A stretch of DNA of 64,000 nt, taken from the NCBI GenBank assembly GCA_051532055.1, contig JAOPTX010000015.1, forward strand, positions 85,041 through 149,040. Reading direction: 5' to 3'. The stretch comes from Fibrobacterales bacterium (GTDB lineage Bacteria > Fibrobacterota > Fibrobacteria > Fibrobacterales > JAOPTW01). How positions within the stretch are numbered: position 1 is the stretch's first letter; every line of letters begins with the position of its first letter. Below, in pieces: positions 18,901-28,138 of this stretch. The notes beneath the pieces were generated by a model. It searched no databases and was not told the DNA's origin. It saw nothing but the letters and a program-made list of their open reading frames with translations. Both the position numbers and the translations under genes were made by a program.

Positions 18901-19172
18901 CCAGTCCCCATGGATATTCGAACTGCTCTAATGTTTTTGCTCCCAATAAGTTCAAGTAATAGATCGAAAATCTCTATTGCGCATTTTAAAGGGAAGTCAT
19001 TTGTGAATGAAGCGAAATAGTGGTGAGTTGTGGTTGTGAACGAGTGACCACCATATTTAAGGATTGTGGTAATGATGGTGTCATCAATGGAGTCCATAAT
19101 TTTTGAGTCACTCGAAAAGAGCGATTGATTTTGACGGCTCGGAGTTATGGAAGTAAGGAGTATGTATTGCAT
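15897..19172 (-). CDS. STAND-type protein: degenerate class III cyclase-like domain + NB-ARC-like ATPase + TPR repeats
   Basis: GGQILL cyclase remnant; TNLP...LTGRENEL, Walker A GPAGVGKT, GTPQAILMAA; helical TPR-like C-terminal half. Confidence 0.8.
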   Translation of the reverse strand: MQYILLTSITPSRQNQSLFSSDSKIMDSIDDTIITTILKYGGHSFTTTTHHYFASFTNDFPLKCAIEIFDLLLELIGSKNIRAVRISMGTGPTVSINSYIIGSAVAQARRLNAVCPGGQILLPKAAYETLPALMHSNVMDYGTPILTDLLISDHIFGTTSTATLNPGHITEKRITTPTNLPLYETPLTGRENELNVLQNMLLDNRVLSITGPAGVGKTRLSHHLGAQCHKIFSAGVFYIDFNDQMDLQEHLFTLATNLKITLHSASDIDTQIIIHLKNKKILIIADCGTLFLSHHLEFLTRLIQNTSSLQLLLVTRLPVELPNEKVFTLGNLPLPSLDASLVEHLFGESSFMLYLNHALYMYPDLVLNDATIKMIINICHVLQGTPQAILMAATWSKTLTVNQLNNTLEQLIPEFEKRDQTIPDLPKRNNALRAMFEATLQDLKNDEYDAFIKLSIFKNSFNTYDAQKATGVQALTIARLFNKSPLIKTSSELYTMEKVFKRIAYEELLASDSMNSVHQSYYHYYLEVLSKNLPKIHSSHQNKILEYFKVNKENIISAWHLCINNGSLEEIVLFMNALFEPLDRLHAYAEIIILFDVLRTTLDEATLIQSPDVISCKAQLHSILGSCYTHLQAPEDAEALLTHSLSLSNELLASSQSTIDGQDIEYNQAVTLIRMSTLNTFLNKKDDALTSAQKALKVFIAKQNSTAHAWAEGIIGLIYLQMDLCEKAVSHFKESLVQYQYSNYPAGIQWAQHNLARSLYNSGNFSEAQKYSSISEFESGSGTNQQDLTLYNSTHEELTIEKLVTLVSIYHQVGDYPKALTTAEKLLILSSNNGNSKVIGETLLSMGMIHSSLGNFKKSKSQLDEALSLFEKNEQKYGINQSYLHLATLQWQSNKITLMGDYLNKIDTESIPSQSTFTVDYNNILGIHALLTQNFVNADESFTKAHTMSVHLNYENGTMRAINNLSKLALASKNIPEALNRFNTLIPIAHKSGTYPIILESLLDLSQILINSKEYEFAMDTLIFIYNHKATNGYVKKCAKKKLFKMPPKYGKQFFFYCINNEEHRNIKEFCSAIISHIEISLNHQSESASN

Positions 19173-19355
19173 AGTTTAAAAAGGCCAATTTTTTATGATT
19201 ATCTCATTTTTATGGCAAATTATGTTGGAAAAAGAACAATACATCTAATTGAGAGACAAAATTGTTTTGCAATGCAATGGTAAATTATTAGAGGTGTTCT
19301 TATGGGGGGTATTTTGTATATTTTATCCCAAATTGTCCAATAAATAGAGAAATTT

Positions 19356-20843
19356 GTGAAGATATTATCACTCCTGCTCTGCGTGAGCTTTTTGCTCTCT
19401 GCATGCCTTTTCGATGAATCTAATCTTGATGCGAGTCAGGGCTACCTCGAAGCACAAGGTATTGAACTTACTAATGATACTGTTTCAGTAGTATTAAATA
19501 ACATTACCACAGACTCACTCACTCTTCATAAATCGAACCGGACCCTTTTCGATGCTTCAGTAAGTATTGTAGGACGAGATAGTGTCATGGGCGATTTCAC
19601 TGCAGGGTTTGGCTATGAGTTGACGGGAATTACTCAAGCTCAAACAACAGAACTTTTAGAATCACAGTTTTTTACTCAGCCATATCTGATATTTGATGTT
19701 GATTCGCTCTACAGTAATTACGCCCGTGAGGATGGAGTGTCACTTTTTCAAAATGAATTAGTTGAAATACGTTATTCAGTGATTCTGCATAAATATGAAC
19801 AGAGTTTCAAAAAAGATCGACAAGATAGTGTTGCCTTTTTTGGAGACCTTCTTAGAGGTAGTGAAGATACTTTATCGAAATTCTTTAATGACCTTGTTAA
19901 CCCTAATGGCATCGCTGTTACTTCTTCAGGAGTAATAAGAAAAGAGTTTATTGATACTGTCTCATTAAATGGTTCTATTGATAGTGGAGCGGCCCTTGTT
20001 CTTGACTCGGCCCTTTTAGCTCTGTACAACGCGCCAATAGTAGTACCACTTGGGGAAGAGCTTCGTACTCAAATGATAGCACTTAAAGATTCATTACTTT
20101 GGTTTTCAATAGTTTTCACGAGTGTTAAAGCAGTAGACTCAACAACCATCGGGGGCCTTGTTCATTTGCAAGTTGATTATCCTAAGCCAGTAATCTGTTT
20201 TTCTGACTCACTTATGTTAACCCATTCAGTTGACCGATTTCATGTAAATCGCACTGATACTGCTCCTTTAACAGCACTGGGCATGGGAGCTGGAACCAGT
20301 ATAAGTGGTCTGGATTCTGTAAGCTTTAAATTAAACCCCGATTCTCTGTTGAATCAATTAGAAGAGAGTATTGGGACTATTTCGGGTCAATATGTAAATC
20401 ACGTGGTTCAACGAGCAACCCTAAGTTTTACTACTCAGAATAACGTGTGGTCAGAGTTTGAACAACCATTTATCGTTGAAGCAGTTAGTGAAACCTTTGA
20501 CATGAGTTCAGTTGGGTTTAGTGGCTTTAAAGTACTTGAAAGGCAGTTTGCTGACTCTGCACTTACTAACGTGGTTGACTCAACTGGGTCTTTTACTGTC
20601 GATATAACTGAGACTGTTAAGCATATTGTGAATTTAGGACGTGTGGGTGCAGAACCGATAACTTATTTGTATCCATCAAAATCAGTAATCGATCCCTCAA
20701 AAAAATACCTTTATTGGAGACATGTGGAAAACGATACAACGAAAATAGACGATAACCGTTTCAATCGCTTTCTTAAGTCTATTGATTTTAGTGATTTAAC
20801 ATTTGATCTTCATATTGAGCTCATTGAGCTTGGTGCGATTTAG
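19356..20843 (+). CDS. Hypothetical lipoprotein
   Basis: Lipobox LSAC after hydrophobic N-terminus; 495 aa; 8 nt upstream of a barrel gene. Confidence 0.75.
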   Translation: MKILSLLLCVSFLLSACLFDESNLDASQGYLEAQGIELTNDTVSVVLNNITTDSLTLHKSNRTLFDASVSIVGRDSVMGDFTAGFGYELTGITQAQTTELLESQFFTQPYLIFDVDSLYSNYAREDGVSLFQNELVEIRYSVILHKYEQSFKKDRQDSVAFFGDLLRGSEDTLSKFFNDLVNPNGIAVTSSGVIRKEFIDTVSLNGSIDSGAALVLDSALLALYNAPIVVPLGEELRTQMIALKDSLLWFSIVFTSVKAVDSTTIGGLVHLQVDYPKPVICFSDSLMLTHSVDRFHVNRTDTAPLTALGMGAGTSISGLDSVSFKLNPDSLLNQLEESIGTISGQYVNHVVQRATLSFTTQNNVWSEFEQPFIVEAVSETFDMSSVGFSGFKVLERQFADSALTNVVDSTGSFTVDITETVKHIVNLGRVGAEPITYLYPSKSVIDPSKKYLYWRHVENDTTKIDDNRFNRFLKSIDFSDLTFDLHIELIELGAI

Positions 20844-20851
20844 GGGCCTTC

Positions 20852-22075
20852 ATGATACGTAATTCATTACTTATTCTTATTATTATTTCCTTGCCAATTT
20901 GGGCTGCATCAACAATTGGGATTAGTCAACTTGGTGTTCCTCAATCACCAAATCTCGCTAAAGGAATATCCTTGGGTGGGGCAAATGCAACTCTTCTTGA
21001 TGATGGACACTCTTTAAGTAACCCTGCAAAAATGGCGTTTAATAGTAAAACGAGTTTTGCGGCAGGCTTACTGTTTGAATCTGTTGAATATGGAAAGACT
21101 ACTGAGAGTGGCTTTAATATTCCATATATTTCAATGAGTATTCCAATTGGAACAGCGGGAAATGTTTCACTTGCGTATTTTCAAAAATTTGGATATGACT
21201 TTCATTATGAACAACCCGTAGAGTCGGACACTCTTAAAACAACAATAGAGGGTGCAATTGCTGAAATTGTTCCTTCGTGGTCTATCACACTTTTTGACCG
21301 CCTTGCTATCGGGGTTAATTATCACCACCCTATGGGTGCAACTCAGGTCTACGAAGAGAACAACCAACGTATTAAAAATACTACTGTGTCTTATGAGTCT
21401 GATGCACAAATTGGATATGTAGGTACTTCTATTCAGTTTAGCGGAAAAGGGTGGGCGTTCTATTTTGGATATCAACCTGAATATACAATCAAACAACTCT
21501 ATACAGGAGGTATGTCTTTTAAAGAGAATCTCCAAGATACATCACTCTATGAATTTGATGCGAACCAAAACCAGTCTGAAGTACTTTTTAAAGTAGAGAA
21601 AGAGCAGAGTTTTGGTGCAGAACTATCTGTTGGTGGGTCTATGCGCTTAAATAATTATCATATGGTGTCGGTAGAAGGACATTATCAACTGTGGGATGGG
21701 ATAAAATCAATTTCTCCTCTTACCGTAGCCAATGAGAAGCGAGAAACAGCGCTTAATGATTCGTATTCTGCTGGAGTAGGGTATCAATTGACACCATCTC
21801 GAAGAGCCTATGACTTCTATCTTAAAAGAGTTTCTTATCGTGTAGGCGCTCAATATGGGCAACTCTACGTCAATGAATCAACAGAAGTCAAAGGGTCTAT
21901 TGGTTTTGGTTTCCCACTTGGCACTCGCCGGGTTTCAAATCTTGATCTTTCTCTTTACTATAATATTAGAGGTTTAGGAGCAGACTCTCCTCAATATGAA
22001 GAGCATGTTGTTGGTGGCGCTATTAGCTTTACCGGTTTTGGCGACTGGGGTAAATCTTCTCGTCGATATCGTTAG
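20852..22075 (+). CDS. Outer-membrane beta-barrel protein (FadL/OMP-P1-like N-terminus)
   Basis: Signal peptide; SLGGA...NPA motif; amphipathic strands; C-terminal W-basic tail. Confidence 0.7.
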   Translation: MIRNSLLILIIISLPIWAASTIGISQLGVPQSPNLAKGISLGGANATLLDDGHSLSNPAKMAFNSKTSFAAGLLFESVEYGKTTESGFNIPYISMSIPIGTAGNVSLAYFQKFGYDFHYEQPVESDTLKTTIEGAIAEIVPSWSITLFDRLAIGVNYHHPMGATQVYEENNQRIKNTTVSYESDAQIGYVGTSIQFSGKGWAFYFGYQPEYTIKQLYTGGMSFKENLQDTSLYEFDANQNQSEVLFKVEKEQSFGAELSVGGSMRLNNYHMVSVEGHYQLWDGIKSISPLTVANEKRETALNDSYSAGVGYQLTPSRRAYDFYLKRVSYRVGAQYGQLYVNESTEVKGSIGFGFPLGTRRVSNLDLSLYYNIRGLGADSPQYEEHVVGGAISFTGFGDWGKSSRRYR

Positions 22076-23667
22076 CTTTTATAAAGCAGTGAGGGTTGTA
22101 TGAATGTATGGCGTGCAGTACTGTCATCTTTCGTAAAAGTATAGTCATCTGAAATATGGAGTCCACGGGACTCCTTTCTTTTTAAAGCGCTACGAATAGT
22201 GAGTTCTGCACAGAGAGCGACATTTCTAAGTTCAATTAAATTCAGAGGTGTGCGGACAGGGCTTTGATAATCTTCATCAGCTTTTTTTCGAATCGTCTGA
22301 ACAAGTTCGAGTGCCTTTTTAAGATTGTTGGTTGTACGAATAATCCCTACTTTATCCCACATAATTGATTGGACTTGCTTTTTTAAGAAGTCATAGTCTT
22401 GTGTTGAGGGTATAAACCGTTTTTTGGGTGGGAGCGCAACGGTACAGAAAGGATTGTTCAAATTATTTGCACTATACTTAAACGCCCTCAGTGAAAAGAC
22501 GACACTTTCTAAAAGTGAGTTTGATGCAAGACGATTGGCCCCATGGGTCTCAAAACAACCAGACTCACCACAGACATAGAGGCCGTTCAGATTGGTTTGC
22601 GCATTGTGATTAGCCTTTATGCCACCACAAATGTAGTGGGCGGCAGGCACAACAGGAATCCAATCTTTAGACATGTTAATACCTGCGTTAAGACAATGTT
22701 TAAATATGTTTGGAAAGTGTTTCTTGAGATTACTCTCTTTTTTATGTGTAATATCAAGATAGACATGGGGGGAATGGTGTTTTTTCATCTCACGGTCTAT
22801 TGCACGAGCAACGACATTTCTCGGTGCTAATGACTCAAGGGGATGAACACCCTTCATAAAAGGTTCACCTAAATGGTTTTTTAATATGCCACCGTGTCCG
22901 CGAACTGCTTCGGAGATAAGAAATGTTTTTTCGCCGGGATTATAGAGTGTTGTTGGGTGAAATTGCATGAATTCCATATCCTCACTTGTACATCCTGCCC
23001 TAAAGGCCATTGCGATTCCATCACCAGTTGATACATTGGGATTTGTGGAGTGTTTAAAAATTTGAGCAGCGCCCCCTGTTGCTATGAAGGTCGCTCGGGC
23101 TGCGATATTTTTATATCGCATAGTTTGAGTATTCAAAACGGTGACTCCAACACACTGTTTACTCTTATCAGAGCCATCGGTGACGAGGTCAATGGCCGTA
23201 TGATTTTCAAAAAGGTCGATATTTGGGTTGTTACACACCTTGTCGATCATTGCACGCATGATCTCTTGACCAGTAAGGTCATTGGCGTGTAAAATGCGTC
23301 GTTCAGTATGCCCACCTTCAAGGGCAAGGTGGTAGGGGGAGCCCTGTTTAGAGTGCGGCTCATTTTTAGTGAATGATACACCCCAATCAATTAAATTTTG
23401 TATTGCGGCAGGGCCTTCTTGTGTAAGAATTGCTACACGCTTACGGTTACAGAGCCCGGCACCAGCTGATAATGTGTCATCAATGTGTTTTTCAAAGCTG
23501 TCTTCGGGGAGCATTACACTTGCAATGCCACCTTGTGCATAATTTGTAGAGCAGTCGAGACTATCAGTTTTTGTTAGTATAGCGACAGAGTGTTTTTTAG
23601 CCGCTTTTAGGGCGATAGTAAGACCGGCTATTCCGGAGCCAATAACCAGATAATCGTAATTTTTCAT
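22072..23667 (-). CDS. nadB: L-aspartate oxidase
   Basis: GSGIAGL, YAQGGIA, EGGH..RRILH, QFHPT, LISEAVRG, HGANRLASNSLLE, ESRGLH. Confidence 0.97.
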   Translation of the reverse strand: MKNYDYLVIGSGIAGLTIALKAAKKHSVAILTKTDSLDCSTNYAQGGIASVMLPEDSFEKHIDDTLSAGAGLCNRKRVAILTQEGPAAIQNLIDWGVSFTKNEPHSKQGSPYHLALEGGHTERRILHANDLTGQEIMRAMIDKVCNNPNIDLFENHTAIDLVTDGSDKSKQCVGVTVLNTQTMRYKNIAARATFIATGGAAQIFKHSTNPNVSTGDGIAMAFRAGCTSEDMEFMQFHPTTLYNPGEKTFLISEAVRGHGGILKNHLGEPFMKGVHPLESLAPRNVVARAIDREMKKHHSPHVYLDITHKKESNLKKHFPNIFKHCLNAGINMSKDWIPVVPAAHYICGGIKANHNAQTNLNGLYVCGESGCFETHGANRLASNSLLESVVFSLRAFKYSANNLNNPFCTVALPPKKRFIPSTQDYDFLKKQVQSIMWDKVGIIRTTNNLKKALELVQTIRKKADEDYQSPVRTPLNLIELRNVALCAELTIRSALKRKESRGLHISDDYTFTKDDSTARHTFIQPSLLYKS

Positions 23668-23877
23668 AAAGAAAAATGTAGAAACTCATTTTATTCATTA
23701 ATAGTGGTATTGATGAGATCCTTTTTATTTCTACAAATTTGGGCATTTTTGATGGCTTACCCCGATTTACGGCTTAAATATGGATCAGTATTCGGGGTTT
23801 TAGCTATTTAGCTTGACGTGGCTGTTAAACTTCCTAAATTTTCACCACTTAAAAAGACATTAAAGGATAGAACTCTT

Positions 23878-25713
23878 ATGATGATGACCTGGATTTCTGA
23901 TAAAGCGGTGAAATGGATTCTCTACATTCTTGCACCCCTTATTGTCATTGGCCTACTATTTATGGGGATGACCGGTTTAACCACACAAAAAGAACCAAGT
24001 GTTGGTATTGTAAATGGAGTGAAGCTCAACAATAGTGAGTTTAAAAATGCTCTACAGGCTTCTGAAAGGCAGAATACTCAACAAGGAAGAAGACTAACAG
24101 ACAAGCAACGTTCTGAATCTCGTCGTCAGCTCTTTGATCAGATGATTGTTTCACAGCTTCTAAAAGAAAAAGTAGATGAAAATGAACTTCGTGCTTCAAT
24201 TTTTGAAATGCGTAAAGAGCTTATGGAAAATCCACACCCTTCTTTTAAGCGTTCTCCAGAGTTTATGACTGACTCAGTATTTGATCTTAAAAAATACCAA
24301 GCATGGTTTCAAAATGATTCTGTATTTGACCTTCCTTGGATGGGTGATCTTGAAGCTGATTTACGTGACAATCGCGTACCTATGAATCAACTACAACTTT
24401 TTGTTTCTGCAAAACAACATATGTCAGATATCGAGAGAAGTTTTGCAATTCAACAGCGTGACAACAAATATGATATAGAGTACCTCTCTGTGTCACTAGA
24501 TTCATTCGGCATCAAAGAGAGTGATGTGTCAAAAGAAGAAATTGCAGAGTATTTCAAGGCACATCAAGACAGCTTTACTGTGGCAAAGGATCAAGCAAAA
24601 TTTGATTATATATCAGTTACTGTAGCTCCATCATCAAATGATGATACGAATGCAAAACTTCATACTGCATGGATTCTTGATCAAATCAAAAGCGGGAGTT
24701 CTGATTTTGCTCAAATGGCAAAAACAAATTCTGAAGATCTTGCCTCAGCTCCTCAAGGAGGGGCACTCGGTGATTATGTTGGTTCAGAACAATGGGTTAA
24801 ACCTTTTGCTGATGCTGCATTTGCTCTGAAAGATGGTGAAATTTCAGCACCAGTTAAAACTCAGTTCGGTTATCATCTTATTAAGTCACATGGTAAAAAA
24901 ATAATTGATGGTAAAGAAAAAGCAAAATTGAGTCACATACTCGTTAAAGTAACTGCCGGCCCAGAGACAGTAGACAGTCTTCGTCAAATGCTCGATAATG
25001 TTAAAACAAAAGTTCTTGCAGGGGGTTCATTTGAGTCTGTTGCAAAGGAAAACAACCTTACCATTAAAAACTCTGAATACATTGCTCGCGGTGATTCAAT
25101 CGATGCACTGGGGTACCTTGTAGGTCTATCAGACTATGGTTTTGTTGAGCGTGACAATAAAGAACCTGTATCTCGTGTTCTTCAGAATGAAAAAGTAATG
25201 GCTCTCTTTAATAAATCTGGTGATCTGAGCCAAGGTACGGCATCGTTAGAGTTATTTGAAAGTGACATTAAAAAATCTGTATTAAAAGAGAAAAAAATAG
25301 TAGCAGCTAAAGCATACATGAAACAACAAATTACTTCCTTAGGCGGTAAAAAAGTTGACTCAGCTACCGTTGTTTCTATTGCAAAGCTTGGATTTGATTC
25401 AGCTGAAAAGATTTCTGCATCTGGTTTCATACCTAAAGTATCTTATGGCTACGGCTCTTCAGTTGTTGCAGAAATTTTGAAGCAGGATATAAATACTTGG
25501 GGTGAACCTAAAGTTGGAATGGGGTATGTCATTGCTGCTCAAGTGAAAAGTAAAATGGAACTCTCAGAAGCGGACCTAGCTGAGAAAGTAAAAATTGAAA
25601 AAGATGTACCAGCTAATCAATACGCAAAACAGAATGTGTTCAACACCTGGGCTATGAATTTAAAAGAGATGGCGGTTATTGAAGATAACCTTGACCTCTT
25701 TTACTCTGAATAA
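23878..25713 (+). CDS. ppiD: PpiD/SurA-family membrane-anchored parvulin chaperone
   Basis: N-terminal TM, SurA_N-like region, FAQMAKTNSED...GGALG...PF...PVKTQFGYHLI. Confidence 0.85.
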   Translation: MMMTWISDKAVKWILYILAPLIVIGLLFMGMTGLTTQKEPSVGIVNGVKLNNSEFKNALQASERQNTQQGRRLTDKQRSESRRQLFDQMIVSQLLKEKVDENELRASIFEMRKELMENPHPSFKRSPEFMTDSVFDLKKYQAWFQNDSVFDLPWMGDLEADLRDNRVPMNQLQLFVSAKQHMSDIERSFAIQQRDNKYDIEYLSVSLDSFGIKESDVSKEEIAEYFKAHQDSFTVAKDQAKFDYISVTVAPSSNDDTNAKLHTAWILDQIKSGSSDFAQMAKTNSEDLASAPQGGALGDYVGSEQWVKPFADAAFALKDGEISAPVKTQFGYHLIKSHGKKIIDGKEKAKLSHILVKVTAGPETVDSLRQMLDNVKTKVLAGGSFESVAKENNLTIKNSEYIARGDSIDALGYLVGLSDYGFVERDNKEPVSRVLQNEKVMALFNKSGDLSQGTASLELFESDIKKSVLKEKKIVAAKAYMKQQITSLGGKKVDSATVVSIAKLGFDSAEKISASGFIPKVSYGYGSSVVAEILKQDINTWGEPKVGMGYVIAAQVKSKMELSEADLAEKVKIEKDVPANQYAKQNVFNTWAMNLKEMAVIEDNLDLFYSE

Positions 25714-25726
25714 GTAATAAAAATTA

Positions 25727-25763
25727 ATACAAAAAAAGCCCCGAAAAGGGGCTTTTTTTGTAT
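25727..25763 (+). terminator. Intrinsic terminator after ppiD
   Basis: ATACAAAAAAAGCCCC-GAAAA-GGGGCTTTTTTTGTAT. Confidence 0.9.
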
Positions 25764-25843
25764 CCAATCATAATATATGATCTATAGTGTTGCATGCTTG
25801 CCCCCTTGTATCGTATAATATGAAAAAATAGTCCGGGTTTCAT

Positions 25844-26248
25844 ATGAAGATTTTGATTGTTGATGATAGCTTTGTAAGTAGAAAATTGTTAAAGGTTATA
25901 CTTGCGTCATTGGGAGATTGTGATTTTGCTTCTAATGGTAATGAAGCTGTAGAGGCAGTAACCTTAGCGTACTCAGAAAAGACTCCCTATGACCTTATTT
26001 GTCTGGATGTAATGATGCCTGAGGTTGATGGCCATGAAGCCCTCAAAAGAATTCGTGAGCATGAAGAGGAAATTGCGGTCGACATTGCCCATGGTGTTAA
26101 AGTTATTATGATAACGGCAATGGATGATGAGGGAAGTATCTTTCAAGCATTTAGATCTGGGTGTGAGATGTATATTTTAAAGCCTATAGAATCATCTAAG
26201 ATAATTGAAGCAGTGCAAGAACTTGGCCTTACCGTGGATAAGCCTTAA
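25844..26248 (+). CDS. Single-domain CheY-like response regulator
   Basis: ILIVDD, LDVMMP, MITA, YILKP. Confidence 0.95.
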   Translation: MKILIVDDSFVSRKLLKVILASLGDCDFASNGNEAVEAVTLAYSEKTPYDLICLDVMMPEVDGHEALKRIREHEEEIAVDIAHGVKVIMITAMDDEGSIFQAFRSGCEMYILKPIESSKIIEAVQELGLTVDKP

Positions 26249-26293
26249 ATATTTGTATTATCTAATTTAAATTCTTAGTAAAAAATGATTGTA

Positions 26294-28138
26294 TTATATT
26301 GCTTGCATAAGGTCAAATACCAGTCGCTGTGATTCCCATGGTTCTTTGTCAAAAGGTTTTGAAAAGTCAGTTTTAAACGAGTAGTCAAGTCTGATGGTAA
26401 GTACCTGAATTTTATATCGGAGACCTAAGCCAAGAGCAGCACCTATAGTTGCAGAATTATTTCTTCGTGGGTCCCAGACAGTAGCCCAATCGAAATATGG
26501 AACAAGTTGAGTGTTTTTCAATGCTGAAAATGGTGGAGTTAGTCTTACTTCAGCAGCACTTCTCACATAAGATGGTTGTTTGACTTCTTCGTCATCTTCC
26601 GAAGGGTTAATAGGGATTTTTGGGTATATCGCACCTACTTCAATCCCTCGTACTGATTTGTCCCCACCTTGGAAGTAACTTCTAAAATCATCAGAATTCG
26701 ATGATTTATTAAAAAACCTACCATAGTCCAATGCAGCTGAAAGTTGTACATATTTTGAAATTCGTTTATACCATTTACTCTCTATGGAGGAGTATGTATA
26801 TCTATTATCAAAGTCAAACTCCCCACCATTACCAATGGTATAAATAAATCGAGCTCCATTTTCAGGTGATATAGGGAGATCGACAAAATCAAAAAATGCA
26901 AAAGATTCAAATTTAATAGTAAGTTCATCAGCCTTTGGGTCACCATCAACAACAAGTTTCAATTGGTTTTTTAGTTTGACCTGACCTTTCAGTCGTACAT
27001 ATTCAGAAAGTCGTCGAGATAATGAGCCACGGTTCTGTATAATAAATGATTCTCTAGAAGTAAGAGTTGATCGGCTAAAGTCGACGAGTGAGTCTTTTTG
27101 AATAGAAACTTCATTTTCGAAACGAATAGGGTTATTAAAAAAGAGCGGGTTTGCATATCCAATTGCAGCCCGTTGTTTATTTTGTGCATAGGTAATACTA
27201 CTCCATCCCTCGTGAAACCTACCGAAGAAATTTCTATACCTGACTTCTCCTGTTGTACCCAGGCCATAAATGCGTTCATAAAAGAGTCGCAGTTTCAATG
27301 AGCCCGGTACTTTCTCTACGGTACTGAGATAAATTGTTGAGAGTTCGTCAGAATCATTTTGTTTCAGAGAATCTTTGAGAGTGACCTGCGAAAAAAGCCT
27401 TGTTGAGAGCAGGTTGAGACGAAAAACATCAAGGTAGTTATTGTTAATTATTTCACCGGGTTGTTTCTCCCAAAGGGAAGTAAGAAACTCTTTTGAGGTA
27501 AAGCCCTTCACATTTTTAGAGGCCTCTTTGTATGAAAGTCCTCGTCTATTAGTGATTTCTAGTGAACCAAATTTAACGAGGGAGCCAGGAGTAACTCGGT
27601 AAATTAGAGCGATAGTACTTTTTATGGTATCAACAAGAAGAAAATGTTGAGCAGCAATATGGAGATAGCCATTTTCTCTGTATCGTCGAGTAATGAGAGA
27701 GAGGTCATCAACAATGTCATTTTGATTATAGAGTTTAAGGGGGTAGACTGAAAAGTCTTCATATTGAATGAGGAGTTTTGCACTGTCTGGAATATCAAGT
27801 TCAATGTTAGAATATTTAAATACTTCACCTTCACGAATGGTGACAATATGAGACTTGGCAGTCGATGGGGCTATTGTGGTATCACTTAAGGTAACAGAAC
27901 AATTGAAGTAACCATGTTCATTGTAGGTGTTCTCTAGGTTGGCTCTACTCAGTGTGAGAAATAATTTTTGACGTGAGTCTTGCCCAGAAAGTGATGTGGA
28001 GAACTCTTCTGGTAGGTTCATGACCTCTTGTACTTGCATGGTTGAAAAATAAGTATTGCCCTTTATGATAACTTGTTCATATTGGGCATGAGAGCAAAAG
28101 TAGAGTGCGAAAATGAGTAGAATTATTTTAATCATCAC
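26294..28138 (-). CDS. Omp85-family outer membrane protein (TamA-like: POTRA domains + barrel)
   Basis: Signal peptide; POTRA-like YNEHGY/YRENGY; QGGDKSVRG lid motif; GLGLRY...IRLDY. Confidence 0.85.
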   Translation of the reverse strand: MMIKIILLIFALYFCSHAQYEQVIIKGNTYFSTMQVQEVMNLPEEFSTSLSGQDSRQKLFLTLSRANLENTYNEHGYFNCSVTLSDTTIAPSTAKSHIVTIREGEVFKYSNIELDIPDSAKLLIQYEDFSVYPLKLYNQNDIVDDLSLITRRYRENGYLHIAAQHFLLVDTIKSTIALIYRVTPGSLVKFGSLEITNRRGLSYKEASKNVKGFTSKEFLTSLWEKQPGEIINNNYLDVFRLNLLSTRLFSQVTLKDSLKQNDSDELSTIYLSTVEKVPGSLKLRLFYERIYGLGTTGEVRYRNFFGRFHEGWSSITYAQNKQRAAIGYANPLFFNNPIRFENEVSIQKDSLVDFSRSTLTSRESFIIQNRGSLSRRLSEYVRLKGQVKLKNQLKLVVDGDPKADELTIKFESFAFFDFVDLPISPENGARFIYTIGNGGEFDFDNRYTYSSIESKWYKRISKYVQLSAALDYGRFFNKSSNSDDFRSYFQGGDKSVRGIEVGAIYPKIPINPSEDDEEVKQPSYVRSAAEVRLTPPFSALKNTQLVPYFDWATVWDPRRNNSATIGAALGLGLRYKIQVLTIRLDYSFKTDFSKPFDKEPWESQRLVFDLMQAI

